64,000 nucleotides of DNA, from positions 8,396 to 72,395 of the forward strand of contig JAHJIY010000085.1 in assembly GCA_018823175.1 (NCBI GenBank), in the 5' to 3' direction. The notes below the pieces were generated by a model. The model made no database searches, was not told where the DNA came from, and saw only the letters and a list, made by a program, of their open reading frames with translations. Every line of letters begins with the position of its first letter. The stretch's first letter is position 1. A program made the translations under genes and the position numbers. The DNA comes from Pseudomonadota bacterium. Lineage in GTDB: Bacteria; Desulfobacterota; Desulfobulbia; Desulfobulbales; JAHJIY01. This document shows, one piece after another, positions 48,108-58,147 of the stretch.

Positions 48108-49036
48108 TTTGCACCTCCCGCCACTGTGGTCAGTTGATTAAAGACGGCTTCCAGATTTTTTGTTTCCTGTCGCAGTTCGCACAGCGCCCAGTTATGTTCG
48201 CGGGCCAGTTGGTAGATGGCCGGGCAGATATCTTGAGCGGCCTCAATCCGGAAGGTTGTGCGGTGGTCATTTCGGCTGACGGTCTCGACTTTGCTCGCCT
48301 CGGACAAGGCGGTGAGCTGCCGGCTGATCGTTTGTTCATCGGTTGGGTTGGCGATGGTTACGATGGCGGCGGCTTTTGCGGACAGTTCGGAGAGCCGGGC
48401 ATCGGCCATCAGTTCGCCGGCCATGATGATGATCGCCCGGTCGCAGGTTGCTTCAACCTCGGAAAGAATGTGGGTGGAGAGCATAACGGTACTATGGTGC
48501 GCCAGGTTTCTGATTAAATGGCGGACCTCGACGATCTGGGACGGATCAAGGCCGTTGGTCGGTTCGTCCAAAATTAACAGTTTAGGTTTATGCAGAATGG
48601 CCTGGGCCAGGCCGACGCGCTGGCGGTAACCTTTACTTAAGGTGCCGATCCGGCGGGTCAACCGTTTTTCCAGGCCTACCGCCCGGATTGCCTCGGAAAG
48701 GTCGTGTCGTTGTTGATTCTGCGGGATATTGCGCAGATCGGCAACCATCCTCAGTTGCGACTGGACGGTGAGCTCGGGATAAAGGGGGGCGTTTTCCGGC
48801 AGATAACCAATCATTTTCTGGACCTCGCCGGGGTGGGCCAGAATGTCCAGGCCGCCGATTTGGGCGGTGCCGGAGGTCGGGTGGAGAAAGCCGGTCAGGA
48901 TCTTCATCAAGGTGGTTTTGCCGGCCCCGTTGGGACCAAGTAACCCGATGATCTCACCTGATTTTACCGAGAAGGAGACTCCTCGTAACGCTTCGATGTC
49001 GTCGTATGATTTTTTAAGATTTTTTATTTCAATCAT
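48104..49036 (-). CDS. GldA-like ABC-2 transporter ATP-binding protein
   Basis: GPNGAGKTT, LSKGYRQRVGLAQA, LDEPTNGLDP, STHILSEV. Confidence 0.92.
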   Translation of the reverse strand: MIEIKNLKKSYDDIEALRGVSFSVKSGEIIGLLGPNGAGKTTLMKILTGFLHPTSGTAQIGGLDILAHPGEVQKMIGYLPENAPLYPELTVQSQLRMVADLRNIPQNQQRHDLSEAIRAVGLEKRLTRRIGTLSKGYRQRVGLAQAILHKPKLLILDEPTNGLDPSQIVEVRHLIRNLAHHSTVMLSTHILSEVEATCDRAIIIMAGELMADARLSELSAKAAAIVTIANPTDEQTISRQLTALSEASKVETVSRNDHRTTFRIEAAQDICPAIYQLAREHNWALCELRQETKNLEAVFNQLTTVAGGAK

Positions 49037-49043
49037 AATTTTT

Positions 49044-49099
49044 TCTAAGGTCTAAGGTCTAAGGTCTAAGGTCTAAGGTCTAAGGTCTAAGGTCTAAGG
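49044..49099. repeat. Heptamer microsatellite (TCTAAGG)x8
   Basis: Eight perfect copies ending 7 bp upstream of the ABC ATPase start codon. Confidence 0.92.
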
Positions 49100-49189
49100 T
49101 TAAAGGTTAAACTCATAACACCATGGCTGGGCTTGTAATTATGATTTGGTAATTTTTTTGTTGCCGGATCTGATCTTTTCCGCAAACTT

Positions 49190-49251
49190 CTTCACTCTTC
49201 ACTCTTCACTCTTCACTCTTCACTCTTCACTCTTCACTCTTCACTCTTCAC
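49190..49251. repeat. Heptamer microsatellite (CTTCACT)x~9 overlapping the htpG stop
   Basis: 8 full copies + 1 partial; the last htpG codons VKSEE* are read from it. Confidence 0.92.
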
Positions 49252-51108
49252 CGCGCGGCTCAGGATCCGGTAGCTGCGGTCCACCATTCTGCGGGGTTCG
49301 ACCAGCAGACCGGCCTGGATCATCGCATTATCGTAAATCTGTTCCACCACTTCCCTGGCAAAAGCTTCGTCCTTGTTTCTTAAAGTATCAAGGTTTTTTA
49401 TCAGATCATGGCGGGTATTTATTTCCAGAATCTTGTCGCTGAATTCCTGAAAACCTTCGTGCTGGGCGGCGCGCATTACCCGTTCCATGCTGCTGGTCAT
49501 ATAACCGCCGGGGTTGACGATGATCGCCGGACTGTCTTCGAGTCTTTTTGAGATGTGCACCTCTTTGATCTTGGTGGTCAGGGTTTCCTGCATCCATTTG
49601 GTCAGTGCTTCGGTCCGGTCGGCAGCCAGCGCCTCCGGCTTGTCGGCATCTTCTTTCTGCTCTTCTTTTAACTCGGGCAGTTCAAGGTCGGCCCGGTCGG
49701 CTGAAACCAGTTTTTTGCCGTCAAATTCGCCCAAGTGGCTGAAGGCAAAGTCATCAATTGGCTCAAGGGTGTAAATGATTTCAAGCTCCCGTTTTTTGAA
49801 GGCCTCGACGTATGGTCCGCTTTCCGCCGATTCCCGGTTGGGGGCATTGATATAATAGATCTCCTGCTGGTCCTCCTTCATGCGCCCGACATATTCGGGC
49901 AGAGAGATCAACTTGCCCGCCTCCGAGGCCGAGGACTCAAAGCGTAGCAGTTTGGCGATCGCCTCTCGGTGGCTGAAGTCGGAGGTCACGCCTTCCTTGA
50001 GATAGATCCCGAAATTCTGCCAGAATTTTTCATATCCTTCCGGGTTGTGTTGGGCCTCTTCTTCCAGGTGTTTGAGATATTTTTTGGTCAGGACCCGGTT
50101 GATTTTCATCAGCAGGGCATTGTCCTGTAAGGCCTGACGGGAAATATTAAGGGGCAGGTCTTCGCTGTCCACCACCCCTTTTACAAAACGCAGCCAATCG
50201 GGCAGGATGTTCTTGCTGTGCTGTTCAATCAACACTTTTTGGCAGTAGAGATTGACCCCCGGCTCCGTCCGGCCGAAGCCAAGTTGCTCAAAATTTTCCT
50301 GGGGGGTGAAGAGCAGGGCCTTGATGGCCAGCGGCGCATCGGTTGAGAAATGTAATTTAAAGGTCGGATCGTCAATGGCGTTGCCGATGAATTTGTAGAA
50401 CTCGTTGTACTCATCGTCTTTGATCTCGCTTTTATTGCGGGTCCACAAGGCCTGGACCGTGTTGACCTTCTCGCCGGCCACCTTGATCGGGAAGGAGACA
50501 AAGCTTGAATAACGCTTGATGATTTTTTTGATTGTGGTCTCGTCGGCATAATGGTGCGCGTCATCTTTCAATTCGATAATCAGTTTGGTCCCCCGGTGAA
50601 TGCCGCTGCATGGTGAGATGGTGTAAGTGCCGCCGGCGTCGGAGACCCACTCGTGACCTTCTTCGTCCGGCAGGTAGGAGCGGGACTGGACCCTGACCTG
50701 TTTGGCGACCATGAAGGCGGAATAAAAGCCAACCCCGAATTGGCCGATCAGGTTGACTTCGGCCCGGGCGTTATCGGCCAGTTTTGAGAGGAAGGTTTTG
50801 GAGCCGGAGTGGGCAATGGTCCCCAGGTTGCTCTCCAGTTCCTCTTTGCTCATGCCGGCCCCGGTGTCGATAATGGTCAAGGTGTGGTCCTGGTCATTAA
50901 TCTCGATATTAATTTCCAGTGGCAGGTGGTCGTCGAATACCTTTTCTTCAAGCAGGCTCTGGTGGCGGAATCTTTCCAGGGCGTCGGCGCTGTTGGAGAT
51001 CAGTTCGCGCAGGAAGATGTCTTTTTCCGTGTAAAGGGAGTTGATGACAATATCCAGCATTTTTTTGACTTCAGTCTGAAATTCCTTGGTTACGCTTTTG
51101 TCTGACAT
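49234..51108 (-). CDS. htpG: Molecular chaperone HtpG (Hsp90)
   Basis: SLYTEKDIFLRELISNSADA, DTGAGM, NLGTIAHSGS, IGQFGVGFYSAF, LPLNISRQ. Confidence 0.96.
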   Translation of the reverse strand: MSDKSVTKEFQTEVKKMLDIVINSLYTEKDIFLRELISNSADALERFRHQSLLEEKVFDDHLPLEINIEINDQDHTLTIIDTGAGMSKEELESNLGTIAHSGSKTFLSKLADNARAEVNLIGQFGVGFYSAFMVAKQVRVQSRSYLPDEEGHEWVSDAGGTYTISPCSGIHRGTKLIIELKDDAHHYADETTIKKIIKRYSSFVSFPIKVAGEKVNTVQALWTRNKSEIKDDEYNEFYKFIGNAIDDPTFKLHFSTDAPLAIKALLFTPQENFEQLGFGRTEPGVNLYCQKVLIEQHSKNILPDWLRFVKGVVDSEDLPLNISRQALQDNALLMKINRVLTKKYLKHLEEEAQHNPEGYEKFWQNFGIYLKEGVTSDFSHREAIAKLLRFESSASEAGKLISLPEYVGRMKEDQQEIYYINAPNRESAESGPYVEAFKKRELEIIYTLEPIDDFAFSHLGEFDGKKLVSADRADLELPELKEEQKEDADKPEALAADRTEALTKWMQETLTTKIKEVHISKRLEDSPAIIVNPGGYMTSSMERVMRAAQHEGFQEFSDKILEINTRHDLIKNLDTLRNKDEAFAREVVEQIYDNAMIQAGLLVEPRRMVDRSYRILSRAVKSEE

Positions 51109-51320
51109 CTTAAATGACCTCGTTGAAGATAAGTCTTTTTGGAAAAAATTATCGGGCTATCTATAAAAAATCCGCAAACGAACGAGAATGAACGAGTACG
51201 GATTTTTTTTCAGACTAGAAATGATAATCAAAAAAAGTTCGGTGTCAAGGGCTGGCGGTCAAAATTTAGCGGCCTTGCCTGGTTATGTTTTTTTGATAAA
51301 GGTCAGCGGGAATAATTATT

Positions 51321-51779
51321 TTAGTTGTATTTAAGCGGCAGGCCTTCATTTTTCCAGGCGCTGATCCCGCCTTTTAAATTGTATATTTCCGGATAACCTT
51401 TGCCGGAAAGGAGCTGGCCGATCCCGAGACTGCGGCCGCCTATGGCGCAGATCAACAGAATCGGGCGATCGCTGGGCAGGGTGACCTGGCCTTTGGCTAT
51501 ATTCCAGAAAGGGACCAGCTGTGAGCCTTCGATGAATCCTTCCCGCAGTTCCTCGGGGTTGCGGACATCAATCAGGAGCAGATCTTTGCGGCTGGCGATT
51601 AGTTTTTGGGCCTCAGTCGGGGTGACGGTTTGGAAGATTTTGCTCGGTTGTTTGGCGGGCTGCGAAGTATTTGTTTCAGCGGCGGCGGCCGTGTTCAGGC
51701 CGGATGATTTTTTGTCCTGTGAGCAGGAGACAGACAGGACAATAATTAAGATGAGCAAAAAGTGGAATAGATTTTTCAT
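51321..51779 (-). CDS. Rhodanese-like lipoprotein
   Basis: Lipobox SVSC; LIDVRNPEE, active loop CAIGGRS, LKGGISAW. Confidence 0.85.
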   Translation of the reverse strand: MKNLFHFLLILIIVLSVSCSQDKKSSGLNTAAAAETNTSQPAKQPSKIFQTVTPTEAQKLIASRKDLLLIDVRNPEELREGFIEGSQLVPFWNIAKGQVTLPSDRPILLICAIGGRSLGIGQLLSGKGYPEIYNLKGGISAWKNEGLPLKYN

Positions 51780-52034
51780 GTTAAAATACCTCGTGATCCG
51801 GTCAAGCCGGACTTTTTTGCAACCCCTGCAAGAGGGGATAAATTATGATTTTTCCGGGCGATAGTCTGGAAAATCCGATAAAAAGGCCTTGATGGTAAGG
51901 CGACAAACCTTGCCACTAAACAAATTATGTAATAATTAGTCAAGGGTATCATTTCGGAAATTTTCCAACTTGAGACTGTGATCGTTTTTTAGTTCTCTTC
52001 TTGCCGGGGAAAGTGGCTTTTTAGCGAGGTTTAC

Positions 52035-52601
52035 ATGGAGTTAACTACTGTTTTGTTGATCGCCTTGGCCCTGGCGGTGGATGCCTTTGCTGTGGCCCTG
52101 GCCGCCGGGGTCAGTCTGCCCGTGATTAATTTTCGCCATACCTTTCGTTTGGCCTGGCATTTTGGTCTTTTTCAGGGTGGCATGAACATTATCGGTTGGG
52201 CGGCCGGGTTGACCGTTCGGTCGTATATCGAAAATTTTGATCATTGGCTGGCTTTCGGCCTGTTGGCCTTTGTCGGGATCAGGATGATTGTTGAGGCGTT
52301 GCAGGCCGATGATCCTGTCGCCAAAAAGGACCCGACCAGAGGGCAGACCCTGGTCATGTTGTCGGTGGCCACCAGTATTGATGCGCTGGCCGTTGGCCTG
52401 AGTTTTTCTTTGTTAAAAATTTCCATCTGGCAGCCGGCCTTGATCATCGGAGTGGTTGCGGCCGTGCTTACCGCTCTTGGTCTTCATCTGGGCCGGATGT
52501 TGGGTGCGGCCTCAAAGCTTGGTCCTCTTACTGAGGTTATCGGCGGCCTGGTCCTGGTTGGTCTGGGACTCAATATTTTGTATGAGCACGGGATCTTCTG
52601 A
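52035..52601 (+). CDS. mntP: Manganese efflux pump MntP
   Basis: ALAVDAFAV, FGLFQG, DHWLAF.LL and ATSIDALAVG motifs. Confidence 0.92.
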   Translation: MELTTVLLIALALAVDAFAVALAAGVSLPVINFRHTFRLAWHFGLFQGGMNIIGWAAGLTVRSYIENFDHWLAFGLLAFVGIRMIVEALQADDPVAKKDPTRGQTLVMLSVATSIDALAVGLSFSLLKISIWQPALIIGVVAAVLTALGLHLGRMLGAASKLGPLTEVIGGLVLVGLGLNILYEHGIF

Positions 52602-52645
52602 TGACGCTGTTTGGGCCGCAGGTTGCCGGAAGTCCGCTATTTTGG

Positions 52646-52675
52646 TTGACATCATTAGTAAGGCGTTGGTATCTT
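52646..52675 (+). promoter_or_regulatory. Candidate sigma70 promoter of thiC
   Basis: TTGACA-N18-TATCTT with extended TG. Confidence 0.5.
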
Positions 52676-52716
52676 CCCTCCTTACCTTTTAATATCTATC
52701 TCGGTTGGAGAAAATA

Positions 52717-54018
52717 ATGACTATTCGTGAAGACGCAATTAATAAAAAAATAACTCCCATCTTTGAGGCCTGTGCCCGGCAGGAAGGATTATCGGTTGAG
52801 ACCTTAATGGATGGCGTGGCCAAGGGGATTATTGCTATCCCTAAAAATATTAATCATGATTTTGAAAAAATAATGGCTATTGGCAAGGGGACCTCAACCA
52901 AGGTCAATGCCAATATCGGCTCATCGAAAGATTTCCCGGAGGTTGCCCAGGAGCTGCAGAAGCTTTGTGTTTGCTTAAAAGCCGGGGCCGATACGGTCAT
53001 GGATCTGAGTATGGGCGGCGACTTGAATAATGTCCGGCAGGAGATCCTGAAGAATTGTCCGGTGCCTCTTGGTACGGTGCCGATTTACCAGAGTATCGCC
53101 GAGGTGGTTGAGCAGCAGAAAAAGCAGATCGGCGAGGTTACGGTTGACCATATTTTCAAGACCATTGAGCAACAGGCTATCGACGGGGTTGACTTCATGA
53201 CCCTGCATTGCGGGATTACCCGGGACACCTTAAGTAAAGTTGAAAACCATGAACGGGTGATCGGGGTGGTGAGCCGGGGTGGCTCCTTTACTATTGAATG
53301 GATGAGTTATAATAATAAAGAGAACCCGTTGTATGAACGATTTGATGACCTGCTGGCTATTCTGAAAGAGCACGAGGTCACCTTGAGTCTGGGAGATGGC
53401 ATCCGGCCCGGTTGTCTGGTCGATGCCACTGATCGCGGTCAGGTCCAGGAGTTGATCCATTTGGGTGAACTGACCCAGCGGGCCTGGGCGGCCGGGGTGC
53501 AGGTCATTGTGGAAGGGCCGGGGCATATGCCGATGGACCAGATTGCGGCCAATGTTCTTTTACAAAAAAGGTTATGTCATGGGGCGCCGTTTTATGTGCT
53601 GGGGCCATTGGTCACGGATATCGCGCCGGGTTACGATCATATTACGGGCGCGATCGGTGGGGCGATCGCCGCGGCGGCCGGCGCTGATTATCTTTGCTAT
53701 GTGACGCCGGCCGAGCATCTCAAGCTGCCCAATGCCGAAGATGTGCGGGACGGGGTGATTGCCTCCCGGATTGCCGCCCATGCCGCTGATATCGCTAAAG
53801 GTCTGCCCGGCGCGATTGAGAAGGATATCGCCATGGCCAGGTGCCGGAATAATCTGGACTGGAAAGGGCAGATTGAGCTTTCGATGGATCCTGAAAAAGC
53901 TAGACGTTTTCGGGATGAAGGTGGTACTTATACGGGAGATGCCTGTAGTATGTGCGGGTCCTATTGCGCGATTAAAGTGTATAAAAAAGCAACGTCCCCG
54001 CGCAGAGATAAAAAGTAG
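52717..54018 (+). CDS. thiC: Phosphomethylpyrimidine synthase ThiC (short form; BzaF-type paralogue not excluded)
   Basis: TKVNANIG, GADTVMDLS, GTVPIYQ, VSRGGS, SLGDGIRPG, EGPGH, PGYDHI, LCYVTPAEHL and CSMCGSYC FeS motif; ATG 52717 after GGAG. Confidence 0.85.
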   Translation: MTIREDAINKKITPIFEACARQEGLSVETLMDGVAKGIIAIPKNINHDFEKIMAIGKGTSTKVNANIGSSKDFPEVAQELQKLCVCLKAGADTVMDLSMGGDLNNVRQEILKNCPVPLGTVPIYQSIAEVVEQQKKQIGEVTVDHIFKTIEQQAIDGVDFMTLHCGITRDTLSKVENHERVIGVVSRGGSFTIEWMSYNNKENPLYERFDDLLAILKEHEVTLSLGDGIRPGCLVDATDRGQVQELIHLGELTQRAWAAGVQVIVEGPGHMPMDQIAANVLLQKRLCHGAPFYVLGPLVTDIAPGYDHITGAIGGAIAAAAGADYLCYVTPAEHLKLPNAEDVRDGVIASRIAAHAADIAKGLPGAIEKDIAMARCRNNLDWKGQIELSMDPEKARRFRDEGGTYTGDACSMCGSYCAIKVYKKATSPRRDKK

Positions 54019-54032
54019 GCCAGGAGGGGAAA

Positions 54033-54365
54033 ATGACCGAATTTTTTGTGGGTATTGCCGACTTTATCAGGGAAACCAAGGTCCTGGACCAGATCGAAAA
54101 TATCGACGCGGGAGGGCTTTTTTCCAACCCCTATTTTCTGGTTCCCTTCGGGATTCTGATCGCTTATCAGATATATAAGGTGGCGATTGACACCCTGATT
54201 TTTACCGGCGCAATTTTTGGGGTCTGGGCTTTTTGCGGCACCGATTGGGCGCAGTCTATTATTGGGGACGGCAATCCGGATATGTCAAAGATCATTCCCC
54301 TTCTGCTCGGCGGAGTGGTGGGCATTGCAGTTTTGGCATATGTGATATTTTTTCGTGGGGAATGA
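54033..54365 (+). CDS. Hypothetical membrane protein
   Basis: 110 aa, three hydrophobic segments, AGGAGG SD, co-oriented between thiC and the HhH-GPD gene. Confidence 0.65.
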   Translation: MTEFFVGIADFIRETKVLDQIENIDAGGLFSNPYFLVPFGILIAYQIYKVAIDTLIFTGAIFGVWAFCGTDWAQSIIGDGNPDMSKIIPLLLGGVVGIAVLAYVIFFRGE

Positions 54366-54389
54366 CCGACCAGAAGGTTTGTTATAACT

Positions 54390-55022
54390 ATGCCTGACCG
54401 GTTGCTGGAAATATATAGCACCCTTCTGGAACATTTTGGCCACCAGAACTGGTGGCCGGGTGACACCCCCTTTGAAGTTATGGTTGGTGCCGTTTTGACC
54501 CAAAATACTAATTGGGGCAACGTGGAACGGGCAATTGCTAACCTGCGCCGGGACAATCTTCTGTCCTTTACGACGCTTGCGGCGCTACCGAGCGAGATCT
54601 TGGCTGAAAAAATAAGACCTTCCGGCTATTTCAACCTCAAGGCGGCCCGTCTTAAAAATCTGCTGGCTGCGATCAGTGATTTTGGCGGGCTTGATCTTTT
54701 TTTCGCGCAGGAAACGGCGGAGTTAAGGGAGAGTTTGTTGGCCATTAAAGGAATCGGGCCGGAAACGGCTGATTCCATTATTCTATATGCGGCCAACAAG
54801 CCGATTTTCGTGGTAGATGCCTATACCCATCGGATTTTATCCCGCCACAATCTGATTTGTGAAGAAGCTGATTATCAGGAGATTCAGGAGTTGTTCATGG
54901 ACTCATTGCCGGAGGATCTGGCGCTTTTTAATGAGTATCATGCCCTGCTGGTTATGGTGGGCAAGGAATATTGCAAGAAAAGTAAACCGCTTTGTGCCAT
55001 TTGCCCGCTGCAAGAGGGTTGA
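54390..55022 (+). CDS. Endonuclease III-related HhH-GPD protein
   Basis: WWPGDTPFEVMVGAVLTQNT, IRPSGYF..KA, IKGIGPETADSI, VVDAYT and C-terminal C...C..C. Confidence 0.9.
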   Translation: MPDRLLEIYSTLLEHFGHQNWWPGDTPFEVMVGAVLTQNTNWGNVERAIANLRRDNLLSFTTLAALPSEILAEKIRPSGYFNLKAARLKNLLAAISDFGGLDLFFAQETAELRESLLAIKGIGPETADSIILYAANKPIFVVDAYTHRILSRHNLICEEADYQEIQELFMDSLPEDLALFNEYHALLVMVGKEYCKKSKPLCAICPLQEG

Positions 55023-55029
55023 TCTTCGT

Positions 55030-55893
55030 TTAACTGTCTTCGTACTTCAGGAATTGCCGGCAGAAACCGTGAATAATCTTGACCTCCCGCGCTTGCAGTT
55101 CGATCCGGTTTAAAAACTGCCTGATTGAGCGCATCCAGTAGTCGTCCCGTCCCCCGGAATTTTGCAGAAATTCTATTTTGTGCAGGACTTCCTCCAGGTG
55201 ATGATACATTCCTTCCATCTCATTTGAATTTGCCTGTTTTGGGGTATAAACCCGGCGCTCGCCTGATAAAAAATCAAGCAGCGCGGTGTATAGCTCATAA
55301 CAATGGATGGCCACGGCCTGGCCCAGATTCAGGGAAGAGAAGTCTTCCGTCGGGATGGTTGAGGTGAGGTCACAGTATTTGAGATTGTCGTTGGTCAGCC
55401 CCCGGTGTTCCGGCCCGAAGAGAACGGCCACCTGATTGCTTTTCAGGTACGGGATGATCTGGGTCATCGCTGTTCTGGTGGTGGTTGCGGCCCGCCGCTG
55501 GCGGCCAACCCGGGCGGTAGTGCCGATAATCCTGGAAAAGGGGGTCAGGGCATCGGCCAGATTGTCGTAAAGCTCCAGATTTTCAATTAAGCCGGCGGCA
55601 TGGTGGGTGGCCATCATTAGCATTTTTTCCTGGTCCGGCGGTTCTTTCCGGACCACAATCAGCCGTGAGATCCCCATGTTCATGGCGCTACGGGCGGCCG
55701 CCCCGATATTTTCCGAATATTTAGGTTCGACCAGCACAATGGCGAAATTTGCCAGTAAACTTGCCATCTCCTTTTTGTGTTGCAAGGGGCTAAGTTTCGT
55801 TTGGGGCGAACCAAGGTTTACCGTCGATTTATCCGTAGACTTGTAGGACTTCTCCTTAACGAGTTTCGGTTGTATTGCGCTTTTCATTTTCAA
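55030..55893 (-). CDS. trmJ: tRNA methyltransferase, TrmJ/LasT (SpoU) family
   Basis: IVLVEP....NIGAAAR.A.NMG, GTTAR, LFGPE.RGLTN and SSLNLGQAV; true start uncertain. Confidence 0.82.
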   Translation of the reverse strand: MKMKSAIQPKLVKEKSYKSTDKSTVNLGSPQTKLSPLQHKKEMASLLANFAIVLVEPKYSENIGAAARSAMNMGISRLIVVRKEPPDQEKMLMMATHHAAGLIENLELYDNLADALTPFSRIIGTTARVGRQRRAATTTRTAMTQIIPYLKSNQVAVLFGPEHRGLTNDNLKYCDLTSTIPTEDFSSLNLGQAVAIHCYELYTALLDFLSGERRVYTPKQANSNEMEGMYHHLEEVLHKIEFLQNSGGRDDYWMRSIRQFLNRIELQAREVKIIHGFCRQFLKYEDS

Positions 55894-58147
55894 CCTTGTT
55901 TTCGACGATGAAATTTATTCGTCTGCGTTTTATATCCACACTGATTACCTGCACCGTGATCAAATCGCCGATCTGGAAAATTTTGTTGGTCAGTTTACCG
56001 ACCAGGCGATGGTTTTTTTCATCCAGATGATAATAATCGTCTTTCATGTCGGTGATTGCCACGCCACCGCTGATAAAGGAATCAAGTAGTTCTACGAACA
56101 TTCCGAAGTTGGAGACCCCGGAGACAATACCATCAAAGGATTGATAGATCCGCTGGGCCATATATCTTACGCTGATCCGCTCGGTCATTTCCCGTTCGGC
56201 TTCAACCGAGACTCTTTCCCGCTTAGAAAGAAAGATGCCGGCCTCGGAGGCTGATTTGTATGAGATGTTTTTGTTAGCTTTCTCTTTGGGTGAGATCAGG
56301 AGATTAAGGGCCCGATGGACCATCAGGTCTGGATAGCGCCGGATGGGTGAGGTGAAATGGGTGTAGTTTTCCGCCGCCAAACCGAAATGACCGGCATTGT
56401 CCGGGGAATAACAGGCCTGTTTCATGGCTCGCAACAGGAGGTTGCTGACAATGTACTCGCGCGGGGTGCCGCTGACCATGGCCAATACTTTGCCGAACCA
56501 CTTGGGGGAGGCGGCTTCACGCGGAATGTTCAGTCCCATTTTGCGGGCGAAATCGGCAAATTCCTCCACTTTCAGCGGGTCAGGTTGTTCGTGGATCCGA
56601 TAAAGAAAATCGGAGTTTTCCACCCCTTTTTCGGTAAAGGTTTCAGCTACTGCCTCGTTAGCGGCCAGCATGAACTCTTCGATCAGTTTATGGGCCAGGT
56701 TTCTTTCGGTGCGGGCGATGGCCTCTACTTTTTGGTCGGGGCCTATTTTGATCGCGGTTTCGGGAATTTCAAAACCGATACTGCCGCGGGCCATTCTGAT
56801 TTTTTCCAGTTTGGCGGCCAGGTCGCCCATCCATTTCAGGGGAGTCAGGATATCTTTGTACTTTTTGCAGAGTTCCGGTTCACGGTCAACCAGGATCTGT
56901 TTGACGATAGTGTAGGTCAAGCGGTGCTGGCTGCAGATTATGCTCTTGGTAAACGATTTGCCTATTTTTTTCCCTTGCAGGTCAAAATCGATGATCGCGG
57001 TAAAGGCCGGCCGGTCTTCGTTGGGCACCAGGCTGCACAGATTATTAGACAATCTTTCGGGCAGCATGGGGATGACCCGGTTGGGGAAGTAAACGCTGGT
57101 CCCTCTGGTGTAGGCGTCGATGTCTAGCGGTGAGCTCGGGGTTACATAATGACTGACATCGGCAATGGAAACATATAGTTTATACCCGGCGCGAGTTTTA
57201 ATTAGGGCCACGGCATCGTCAAAATCCCGGGCGGTTTCCCCGTCAATGGTGACATGGAGGACCTTGCGCAGATCGACGCGGTTGGCTTCGGGCTTGATGG
57301 CGGGATCGAGGTTATCGGTTTGAGCCAGGGCCTTGGGCGTGAATTCGTGTGGCAGTTTGTGTTTGCGGATGACGATTTCGGTCTGGACATCAAGGTCATC
57401 GGGATCCCCGAGCACTTCGATGACGCGACCGGCCGGATTGCTCTGTTCTTCCCGGTAATCGGTGATCTCGGCTAGCACGGCTTCACCGTTTTTGGCCCCG
57501 AGGTTGTCGCTTTTGTTGATCAGGATGTTGAAGGTAAAATGTTCATCTTCAGGGATCACCAGGCCGGTTTGGTTTCCATCCATGTAAATACCGACCACGG
57601 TGCCGGCCACTCTTTCCAGAATTCTGATGATAATGGCTTCCATCTTGCCCCGGCGGGAACCGGTGATCCTCAGCAGAACCCGGTCGCCATGGGTGGCGGA
57701 TCCCATGGCGCGGGCCGGCACGAAAATATCCTGAGTCTGGTCTATTTTCGTGTTGCCGGTGGCCAGTGGGGTGACAAAACCAAAGCCGCGCGGGTGGCTG
57801 AAGATGGTGCCTTCAACCAGATCATCCTGACGGTTCAGGCGGTAATTGGTATTACTGCAGGACAGTATTTTGCTGTGGCATAGTTTGCTTAACAGATTTT
57901 CGATTTCGCGGGAGGAGATATTCTTCGCGCCAAAAGAGGCTGATATTTCCTGGAAAGAGGCCTCACCTTTATTGGCGAAAATAAAGCCGATGATTTCATC
58001 GTCGATTGTTTTGTGTTCCCGGCTTCTTTGGCTATTGCCGCTCTGTAACCGGCGCGATTTTCCTCGATGGTCATTGCTATCGGAGCGCCGTTTTTTGAGG
58101 CGGGGGGTGGAAGAACTTTTTCTGCCGCTAAATTTTCTGCGTGCCAA
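55856..58147 (-). CDS. rnr: Ribonuclease R
   Basis: HPRGFGF, VTIDGETARDFDDA, RGTSVYFP, LIEEFMLAAN, YTHFTSPIRRYPDL and C-terminal S1 domain. Confidence 0.95.
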   Translation of the reverse strand: MARRKFSGRKSSSTPRLKKRRSDSNDHRGKSRRLQSGNSQRSREHKTIDDEIIGFIFANKGEASFQEISASFGAKNISSREIENLLSKLCHSKILSCSNTNYRLNRQDDLVEGTIFSHPRGFGFVTPLATGNTKIDQTQDIFVPARAMGSATHGDRVLLRITGSRRGKMEAIIIRILERVAGTVVGIYMDGNQTGLVIPEDEHFTFNILINKSDNLGAKNGEAVLAEITDYREEQSNPAGRVIEVLGDPDDLDVQTEIVIRKHKLPHEFTPKALAQTDNLDPAIKPEANRVDLRKVLHVTIDGETARDFDDAVALIKTRAGYKLYVSIADVSHYVTPSSPLDIDAYTRGTSVYFPNRVIPMLPERLSNNLCSLVPNEDRPAFTAIIDFDLQGKKIGKSFTKSIICSQHRLTYTIVKQILVDREPELCKKYKDILTPLKWMGDLAAKLEKIRMARGSIGFEIPETAIKIGPDQKVEAIARTERNLAHKLIEEFMLAANEAVAETFTEKGVENSDFLYRIHEQPDPLKVEEFADFARKMGLNIPREAASPKWFGKVLAMVSGTPREYIVSNLLLRAMKQACYSPDNAGHFGLAAENYTHFTSPIRRYPDLMVHRALNLLISPKEKANKNISYKSASEAGIFLSKRERVSVEAEREMTERISVRYMAQRIYQSFDGIVSGVSNFGMFVELLDSFISGGVAITDMKDDYYHLDEKNHRLVGKLTNKIFQIGDLITVQVISVDIKRRRINFIVENKVENEKRNTTETR

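Noticed and set aside
49146-49442. ORF with FTLHSSL repeats
   Set aside because: Artefact of translating the CTTCACT microsatellite; overlaps htpG antisense
51864-52034. yybP-ykoY Mn riboswitch upstream of mntP
   Set aside because: The conserved GGGGAGUA / CAACAUAC / GAGACC elements were not found
56357-57127. 256-aa plus-strand ORF and the many other antisense/shadow ORFs in the track
   Set aside because: Fully antisense to well-supported genes (here rnr), with no motifs or RBS
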